The position numbers and the translations under genes were made by a program. 64,000 bases of DNA from Eledone cirrhosa (lineage: Eukaryota): the NCBI GenBank assembly GCA_964016885.1, contig OZ024742.1, forward strand, positions 315,828,001 to 315,892,000, in the 5' to 3' direction. The notes below the pieces were generated by a model. That model did not search any database. It saw only the letters and a list, made by a program, of their open reading frames with translations, and was not told where the DNA came from. Below, in pieces: positions 1 through 8,300 of this stretch. Each line of letters begins with the position of its first letter. Position 1 is the stretch's first letter.

Positions 1-285
1 AAACATAATGGCTATTGATGTCCTTAATTTCAATACACCGGCATAAAAAGGGGCATGCTGTATCTCGAAAAACTAGAGCTGATACGACAGAATTGATGGT
101 ATGCTTTGAATTAGTTCCCCACTATACCAAATAATTGGTCCAACTTCTTAGGTAACACAATGTGTGTTGGTCAGTGTTCTATAACATCTGGAATAATCAA
201 AAAGGCATTTTCTCGCCTCTATAACCAGAGCCAATCTTTTTATACAAACAAATAAATATAAACTCTACTAGACGTTTTGTGCCCC

Positions 286-333
286 CTCTCTCTCTATATA
301 TATATATACATATATATATACATATATATATAT
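286..333. repeat. Compound microsatellite (CT)n-(TA)n with interspersed CA
   Basis: Directly visible: ctctctctc followed by tatatatatataca tatatatatacatatatatatat. Confidence 0.95.
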
Positions 334-580
334 TAAAAAAAACGATGGAGTTTCGTTTACATGTATTTAGATTTTTATTGTGTATCGATCTGTTACGCGC
401 GTTTCGCAGAGGATTGGCTCAGGGTCATTCATAGGAGTTATTTACCCAACTCCATTATCGATTTTCTCTTCAGACTGGCGATGTGGCAAAAAATATCGCG
501 TTTTTTTTCAATATATACACTCCGCCTGTGCATAGAGTGCTTGTTTCGTAACCACCACCAGTAATTCACTGAATCACCTA

Positions 581-627
<47 letters not shown>

Positions 628-644
628 CACACACACACACACAC

Positions 645-710
<66 letters not shown>

Positions 711-714
711 TATA
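581..714. repeat. Compound microsatellite (CT)n(CA)n(CT)n(TA)n
   Basis: Four abutting dinucleotide runs are directly visible. They explain the low-complexity ORFs 438..644 and 574..804. Confidence 0.97.
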
Positions 715-909
715 CACGCACATGCACAAAAAACAAATATACATACAATTTAATGTATATGAGTGTGTCAGTGTAAGATTGATGTAGGATGTAGTTTTAC
801 ACATACACTAAAGATTCTAGGAGACTCTTTACAGTAGGTGTTTCAAACAGACAAAAATAAACTGTTGGCTATACATGATACTCATTCCCTGACCATACCA
901 CACTACATA

Positions 910-1010
910 ACACACACACACACACAAAACAAAAAAAAAAACAAAAAAAAAACAAAAAACAAAAGTCAAATCAAAAACAATCAAACAAAAACAATAACAA
1001 AGCCAAAACA
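910..1010. repeat. (CA)n followed by an A-rich low-complexity tract (CAAAA-like)
   Basis: acacacacacacacac then aaaacaaaaaaaaaaacaaaaaaaaaacaaaaaac..., directly visible. Confidence 0.9.
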
Positions 1011-1451
1011 GAAAGTAGTAAGGAAAAGAATGGAAACAGGTAAAGTCTAGAAAGAAGAAAGAAAGGTAGGGAGGAGGGAAGGAAGAAAGGTCGAGAAAAA
1101 AACCGGACATTTCAAGCAAAGTTTGTAATTATAAGGTAATGTCTCGACAACGTTGAAGATCAGTGACTAAGTACGTTTCATTTAGACAGAATTAAATTAA
1201 CAGAAAAAGAAAAAAACAGGAATGAAAAAAAAAACATACACATTCCCAATTGTTGTTTACAAAAAAAGTCAAATAAAGAAAGAAAAATTACAAATAATAT
1301 AAAAATAAATGGAATGGATGGAATGGACCTCCGTTGGCTTTGACGATGAGTATTCCAGATGTTCGTTCAATGGAACAGTCAGCTCTTAAAATCAACGTGC
1401 AAGCGGCTGTGTATTCTACAAGACACGTCCTTCTCTTAACGTAATTCTCAG

Positions 1452-1598
1452 AGAAATTCAACGTGATACTGTGTATGAAAAGACTAACTCTTTGGATTAC
1501 AGTTATAGTCCATTTGATGAGCTTCCAAACATTTTCTGTCTTCTCAATTTCACTCACATGACATGCAATGGGATCAAACCGAAATTGGATCAAAGAAA
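1452..1598 (+). CDS. Weak candidate internal exon (147 bp, symmetric phase 2), product unknown
   Basis: Preceded by cttaac...ttctcAG (branch point and acceptor-like) and followed by GTATGT (donor-like). Only one frame is open: EIQRDTVYEKTNSLDYSYSPFDELPNIFCLLNFTHMTCNGIKPKLDQR. No homology recognised. Confidence 0.2.
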
Positions 1599-1744
1599 GT
1601 ATGTTTCTATTGACATTTCTATTGCTGTCACTATTTGCTGGCCACAACGTCTAGCTGCATGATAGGAGGTGGGATTTCAACACAAAACGCACAAATTGGT
1701 ATCATGTCTGGTACTTTAAAAATTCCACCAATCCACCACCCTTG

Positions 1745-1884
1745 GACTGGTACTTTATTTAACGAAACCAAAAAGATGAAAGGCAAAGTTTCCTTCGGCG
1801 GATTTAAACTCAGAGCGCACCGAACCGAGAGAAATACCGAGATATTTAATCCGACCCTCTAACAACTCTGCAAATTCACCCCCT
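1745..1884 (-). mobile_element. Degenerate tRNA-derived SINE (octopus-type), 5' part and central domain
   Basis: Contains gactggtactttattt...gatgaaaggcaaag...ttcggcggatttaaactcag, which matches the copies at 4814-5220 and the reverse complement of the copy at 3655-3871. The B-box-like GAGTTTAAATCC is on the minus strand. Confidence 0.8.
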
Positions 1885-2137
1885 ATAACGTAATAAATAA
1901 ATAAATAACATATATTTTATTAACAGTATTTCAACGCTAAAAGAAATTGAGGTAAAAATAAATTGTTTAAAAAAAAAAAAAATTTCTTTTGGCGCCAGGC
2001 TGCTCTCAATTGACCCCGTTAAGAGAAGCGTTGACACTCACAATTAGAGTTTATCGGCTTCGATCGCCGTGGTGGTAGAAACCCAGACGGACAATCTTTT
2101 TTTCCGTTTGAGGAAGGTTGGCTCCGGGGAAGTCCTC

Positions 2138-2194
2138 ATGCTGACTTAGGACCATACTAGCCAAGATATTCTTAGTATGGTTCTAAGTCAGCAT
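2138..2194. ncRNA. Near-perfect hairpin with 22-bp arms and 13-nt loop; candidate pre-miRNA or tiny MITE/palindrome
   Basis: ATGCTGACTTAGGACCATACTA (2138-2159) pairs with TAGTATGGTTCTAAGTCAGCAT (2173-2194) at 21/22 Watson-Crick positions, and the exception is G-U on the + strand. The inverted repeat is certain; the RNA-gene call is inference. Confidence 0.45.
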
Positions 2195-3162
2195 CAGTGG
2201 AAGACATAAATAACAATAGCATTAATGTTTTCCTAACTTGAAATTAGCTTTAAACATTGTTTGTTTTCCCAAGAACGAAACAAATTCAAACTTTCTTACA
2301 CAAAACACTGGAATAATTGATCATGTCTTAGAATTAAAATATTTCATTTAAACTGCATCCTAACGTTAAAAGAACCTGCGTTATTTATTTTAAAGTGTGA
2401 CAAAGATATCAACAACTATGAAACCAGGTGAACATATAGAATACGGTCAACCAATCTAAAAAGCAGTTAATCGTACGGCTTTTCTATTGCTGAACTTTAG
2501 TTGTGTCACAAATAATTAACCATCAATGGCTCAGTCGATCTACTTGTAAATATGTACCTACTTTTAGTCTTAGGCGAATTGAATAACTGTCTTGTTTGAT
2601 TATTTATGAAAAGAGTTGAAATTGATGTATGCAAGATTTCTCATCTCTAGCATCACTCCATCATAGTCAACTAATGAACTTTTCAGCCAAAACAATGCAA
2701 TTATTAATAAAAAGAGTTGAAATTCTGCTGGCCCTTTTTTCACGTCACGGAGCCCTAACTCATTATCAGCACGACAATTGGTGTATGCAGGTTGTAGTGT
2801 TAAACCGTTAAGAATAAGCATCTGAAAAATATAGTAGAAACTGTTAAAAGATTTTTTCCAAAAGAGATATTTCGTTGGAAGAATTAAGTAAAATATATAA
2901 AGTAAATATAAAGTACAACAGGTCTAATTAATGTTAGCTGCTACAAATAACAATGATATCAGCAACAGCTATAACGTCACAAGAACTACTACGGAACACA
3001 CCTACATGACCAGACGAGAGGAAAACAAACTTTAGCATAGCAAGTTAAGTGTAATTGTTAAGAACAGTCAGAGCAACCCATATTTCAGTTCATTCAACAT
3101 GTATTATATACTTTTTGGGGCTGGTTGTATTGAAGAACTCTCTCTTAGTAGCAATCGGCCTC

Positions 3163-3219
3163 TTGAATCTATTCCGCTATTATCATTTGTTGAATCTATT
3201 CCGTTATTATCATTTGTTG
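3163..3219. repeat. 27-bp tandem duplication (2 copies)
   Basis: TTGAATCTATTCCGCTATTATCATTTG (3163-3189) and TTGAATCTATTCCGTTATTATCATTTG (3190-3216) differ at one position. Confidence 0.95.
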
Positions 3220-3654
3220 GCCGGTTATCAGAATTCTCCAAGGCACCCAGGGTCCTAAGTACTTGACATTCAACGATTGATAAACTATAGTACCTGTGAA
3301 GTAAAGGAGTCGATATAATCAACTGTTCCCCTTCGAAAATTTGAAGCCTTGTGCTTATGTAAGAAATCATTATTATTCTTATAAGGAACTAAACTATACA
3401 TTTAGCATAATCATTGTCAACAGAATAAAGATTGCTAGCAGTGAGAAAGTCAGCGGAATTGATAACATCCTTAATTTGCGAGTGAAATATGCATGTTTAA
3501 CAACAGTTTATTAATTACTTAAGGGACCAGAATCAACACGCATTTGGATACGAGGAGACAATAGTATACGATTTCCCGCTTAAACAAAAACAACAGGTAT
3601 TCCTCAAACTATGAGCTGATAGCTAAGTTAGTATTGATATACTAATGTACTGAA

Positions 3655-3871
3655 AGGGTGGTAGATTGGTACTATCAGTAGAGCGTCAGACAACATACTT
3701 TGTGGTATTTAGTGACAACTTTTTACATTCGGAGTTCAAATAGAGCCGAGTTCAATTTGGCCTCTCACCCTTCAGAGGTCGATAAATAAAGCACCAGTTA
3801 AGTATTGGGGGCGCTAAGATCGATTACCCCTCCCTAAAACTACTGACCTTGTCACTAAATTTGACACAAAT
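3655..3871 (+). mobile_element. Full-length but diverged tRNA-derived SINE (octopus-type)
   Basis: The 5' end agggtggtagattgg mirrors the reverse complement of 5020-5034. It has a Pol III B-box-like GAGTTCAAAT (3732-3741), the central domain gcctctcacccttcagaggtcgataaataaagcaccagt, and a 3' part ctgaccttgtcactaaatttga matching the other copies. Confidence 0.8.
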
Positions 3872-3975
3872 GTGTTAATGTAGTTAACATTAAAAAGCTG
3901 AAAGAGAAATAATATGGCGAGAGAAAAAAAATAAGAGTATTAGTTAATAACTGTTAATTTAACTAAGGGACACCA

Positions 3976-4007
3976 CACCGGACGTGTTTCGGAACTCATC
4001 AGTGAAG
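3976..4007 (-). ncRNA. Minimal type I hammerhead-ribozyme-like motif (Penelope-like retroelement type), probably decayed
   Basis: The minus strand reads CUUCA-CUGAUGA-G-UUC-C-GAAAC-AC-GUC-CGGUG. Both catalytic core boxes are intact, with a 1-bp helix II, a very short helix III and a GUC cleavage triplet. Helix I pairing is poor. Confidence 0.5.
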
Positions 4008-4728
4008 AATCGCTTTCAGCGCAGTTGCCGAAGTAGTGTCGGAAGAATCATTGAGTAAATATACAAGTTCGAACATTGACTAGTGTACAAAATAATAGAA
4101 TTCTTTTTAAAAGAGAATAACCTTTGTTGCCAAAAGTACATAGAACCCTGACATCAATAACCAACCAACAAGGTAGCTTCCCATTTGGAAGATAATAATA
4201 TTTTAGCAGAGAAACAGAAATGTTGTAGGAAGAGGATTTATGAATACATAATGGTAAACTGAGCAGATACTGAAGACACCAGAAAGAGAAATAAAAATCT
4301 ATGCATTGCATGGATTATTCCCGAAAAGCCTACATACTCTCAGACTTGCGAGAAACTTTAAATAAACAAACAGTCAAATATACAAAGGCAGAATATAATA
4401 TATAAAAAGGCACCAACACACCCTCTCAAAATGGGAAACATCAATAATACTGCAAGATAAACAAGAGATAGTAAAAAAAAAATGGTCCTATCCCTATAAG
4501 AAAAGGAAGCTTTACGAGAGAAATATATCTCCAGTAACTATCTGCCTAGCTGTGGTTGCATTATTAAAGCTGTTGAATGGAAAGCCTAATCGTTACAAAT
4601 GCTACGAAAAGCAATAAATCATCTGCTTTATATGGTTGATTTAAAACTATAAAAAACACATACAAAACTATATACAAGGCAGATACAAGGCGCAACATTC
4701 AGCTGGGGAGCCCACAAGAACTAGTGCA

Positions 4729-4797
4729 TAGATTCTGAAATAATTGTTTCTACGTTAGGCACAAGGCCAGCAATTACGCAGTGTATTACTGGTACTT
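4729..4797 (-). mobile_element. SINE 3' fragment with internal deletion
   Basis: tgtttctacgttaggcacaaggccagcaattacgcagtgtattactggtacttt is a near copy of 5035-5109. Confidence 0.75.
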
Positions 4798-4813
4798 TAG
4801 ATTCTGAAATAAT

Positions 4814-5034
4814 AATGGTTTGTTATATAGGCACAAGGCCAGCAATTTTTGGGGAGGGGAAAGTCGATTAAATCGACCCCAGCTGCATGACTGGTACTTT
4901 ATTTTATCGACCGCGTAAAGATGAAAGGCAAAATTAACCTCGGCGGGATTTGAACTCAGATCATAAAGGGCCGTAACTCTCTGCTGCAAAGCAGGATATC
5001 CGGCGCTCTACCAATACTGCCAATCTACCGCCCT
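4814..5034 (-). mobile_element. Full-length tRNA-derived SINE flanked by a 20-bp direct repeat
   Basis: Read on the minus strand it has a 5' agggcggtagattggcagtattggtagagcgccgg tRNA-like head with an A box, the B box GAGTTCAAATCC, the central domain gcctttcatctttacgcggtcgataaaataaagtaccagt, and an (ATT)n tail. TTAGATTCTGAAATAATAAT occurs at 4797-4816 and 5034-5053. Confidence 0.88.
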
Positions 5035-5044
5035 TAGATTCTGA

Positions 5045-5220
5045 AATAATAATTGTTTCTACTTTTGGCACAAGGCCAGCAATTATCTCAGTGTATTACT
5101 GGTACTTTATTTTATCAACCCCGTAAGGATGAAAGGCAAAGTTTACCTCGGCGGGATTTGAACTCATACCGTAAAGGGGCGTAACTCTATGCTTCAACGC
5201 ATGGCGTCCGACCCTCTACC
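5045..5220 (-). mobile_element. SINE copy, 5'-truncated with internal deletion
   Basis: ctggtactttattttatcaaccccgtaaggatgaaaggcaaagtttacctcggcgggatttgaactca is highly similar to the neighbouring copy. Confidence 0.85.
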
Positions 5221-5221
5221 G

Positions 5222-5364
5222 AATAATAATAGTTTCTAATTTAGGCACAAGGTGTGCAATTTTGGAAGAAGGGGAACAATCAATTATATCGGTCCTGGGC
5301 TGATAAAAGACGAAGTTAGCCTCTGCCGAATTTGAAATAAGAATTTGAAAGGCTGAAACAATAC
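5222..5364 (-). mobile_element. Degenerate SINE copy truncated at the satellite boundary
   Basis: aataataatagtttctaatttaggcacaagg matches the SINE 3' end, and gcctctgccgaatttgaaataag matches the cctcggcgggatttgaactcag B-box region. The 5' head is missing where the array begins. Confidence 0.65.
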
Positions 5365-8300
5365 GAAACATTACTATATACAGTACCTGGCCACAATCAC
5401 CACCACTGGAAACATTACTATATACACTACCTGGCCACATTCACCACCTCTGGAAACATTACTGTATACAGTACCTGGCCACAATTATCACCACTGGAAA
5501 CATTACTATATACAGTACCTGGCCACAATCACCACCACTGGAAACATTACTATATACAGTACCTGGCCACAATCACCACCACTGGAAACATTACTATATA
5601 CAGTACCTGGCCACAATCACCACCACTGGAAACATTACTATATACACTACCTGGCCACAATCAACACCTCTGGAAACATTACTATATACACTACCTGGCC
5701 ACAATCAACACCTCTGGAAACATTACTATATACACTACCTGGCCACAATCACCACCTCTGGAAACATTACTATATACACTACCTGGCCACAATCACCACC
5801 ACTGAATACATTACTATATACACTACCTGGCCACAATCACCACCACTGAAAACATTACTATATACACTACCTGGCCACAATCAACACCACTGGAAACATT
5901 ACTATATACAGTACCTGGCCACAATACCACCACTGGAAACATTACTATATACACTACCTGGCCACAATCACCACCACTGGAAACATTACTATATACACTA
6001 CCTGGCCACAATCACCACCACCGGAACCATTACTATATACACTACTTGGCCACAATCACCACCTCTGGAAACATTACTATATACACTACCTGGCCACAAT
6101 CACCACCTCTGGAAACATTACTATATACACTACCTGGCCACAATCACCACCACTGGAAACATTACTATATACACTACCTGGCCACAATCACCACCACCGG
6201 AACCATTACTATATACACTACCTGGCCACAATCACCACCTCTGGAAACATTACTATATACACTACCTGGCCACAATCACCACCACTGGAAACATTACTAT
6301 ATACACTACCTGGCCACAATCACCACCACTGGATACATTACTATATACAGTACCTGGCCACTATCACCACCACTGGAAACATTACTATATACACTACCTG
6401 GCCACAATCACACCTCTGGAAATATTACTATATACAGTACCTGGCCACAATCACCACCACCGGAAACATTACTATATACACTACCTGGCCACAATCACCA
6501 CCACTGGAAACATTACTATATACACTACCTGGCCACAATCACCACCTCTGGAAACATTACTATATACACTACCTGGCCACAATCACCACCACTGGAAACA
6601 TTACTATATACACTACCTGGCCTCAATCACCACCACTGGAAACATTACTATATACACTACCTGGCAACAATCACCACCACTGGAAACATTACTATATACA
6701 CTACCTGGCCACAATCACCACCACTGGAAACATTACTATATACACTACCTGGCCACAATCACCAGCACTGGAAACATTACTATATACACTACCTGGCCAC
6801 AATCACCACCTCTGGAAACATTACTATATACAGTACCTGGCCACAATTACCACCTCTGGAAACATTACTATATACAGTACCTGGCCACAATCACCACCAC
6901 CGGAAACATTACTATATACACTACCTGGCCACATTCACCACCTCTGGAAACATTACTATATACAGTACCTGGCCACAATCATCACCACTGGAAACATTAC
7001 TATATACACTACCTGGCCACAATCACCACCTCTGGAAACATTACTATATACAGTACCTGGCCACAATCACCACCAATGGAAACATTACTATATACTGTAC
7101 CTGGCCACAATCATCACCACTGGAAACATTACTATATACACTACCTGGCCACAATCACCACCTCTGGAAACATTACTATATACACTACCTGGCCACATTC
7201 ACCACCACTGGAAACATTACTATATACAGTACCTGGCCACAATCACCACCACTGGAAACATTACTATATACAGTACCTGGCCACAATCACCACCACTGGA
7301 AACATTACTATATACAGTACCTGGCCACAATCACCACCACTGAATACATTACTATATACACTACCTGGCCACAATCACCACCACTGGAAACATTACTATA
7401 TACAGTACCTGGCCACAATCAACATCACTGGAAACATTACTATATACAGTACCTGGCCACAATCACCACCACTGGAAACATTACTATATACACTACCTGG
7501 CCACAATCACACCTCTGGAAATATTACTATATACAGTACCTGGCCACAATCACCACCACCGGAAACATTACTATATACACTACCTGGCCACAATCAACAC
7601 CACTGGAAACATTACTATATACAGTACCTGGCCACAATCACCACCACTGGAAACATTACTATATACACTACCTGGCCACAATCACCACCTCTGGAAACAT
7701 TACTATATACAGTACCTGGCCACAATCACCACCACCGGAACCATTACTATATAGACTACCTGGCCACAATCACCACCACTGGAAACATTACTATATACAC
7801 TACCTGGCCACAATCACCAGCACTGGAAACATTACTATATACACTACCTGGCCACAATCACAACCACTGGAAACATTACTATATACAGTACCTGGCCACA
7901 ATCACCACCACTGGAAACATTACTATATACACTACCTGGCCACAATCACCACCACTGGAAACATTACTATATACACTACCTGGCCACTATCACCACCTCT
8001 GGAAACATTACTATATACACTACCTGGCCACAATCACCACCACTGGAAACATTACTATATACACTACCTGGCCACAATCACCACCACTGGAAACATTACT
8101 ATATACACTACCTGGCAACAATCACCACCACTGGAAACATTACTATATACACTACCTGGCCACAATCACCACCACTGGAAACATTACTATATACACTACC
8201 TGGCCACAATCACCAGCACTGGAAACATTACTATATACACTACCTGGCCACAATCACCACCTCTGGAAACATTACTATATACAGTACCTGGCCACAATTA

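Noticed and set aside
361-1119. Short ORFs with VC/RE/YI/K/F repeats
   Set aside because: Most are translations of microsatellites and poly-A tracts; the remaining one (361..564) has no recognisable similarity.
1288-1647. Minus-strand 119-aa ORF with WPANS and ENVWKLIK, reminiscent of the Tc1 transposase WPxxSPDLNPIENxW motif
   Set aside because: The two pieces are about 30 residues apart, the SPDLNPI core is absent, and no other transposase motif or terminal inverted repeat is visible.
2600-2830. Minus-strand 73-aa ORF starting right after an acceptor-like tttttcAG
   Set aside because: There is no recognisable homology and no donor within the open frame. Such signals are expected by chance in AT-rich DNA.
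4930-5034. tRNA gene (A and B box-like motifs)
   Set aside because: The motifs are the tRNA-derived head of a SINE. There is no intact cloverleaf, and the sequence continues into the SINE body shared by several copies.
5375-5382. TATATA in every monomer as a TATA-box promoter
   Set aside because: The short AT motif lacks the TATAWAW consensus (it reads TATATAC) and there is no supporting evidence of initiation.
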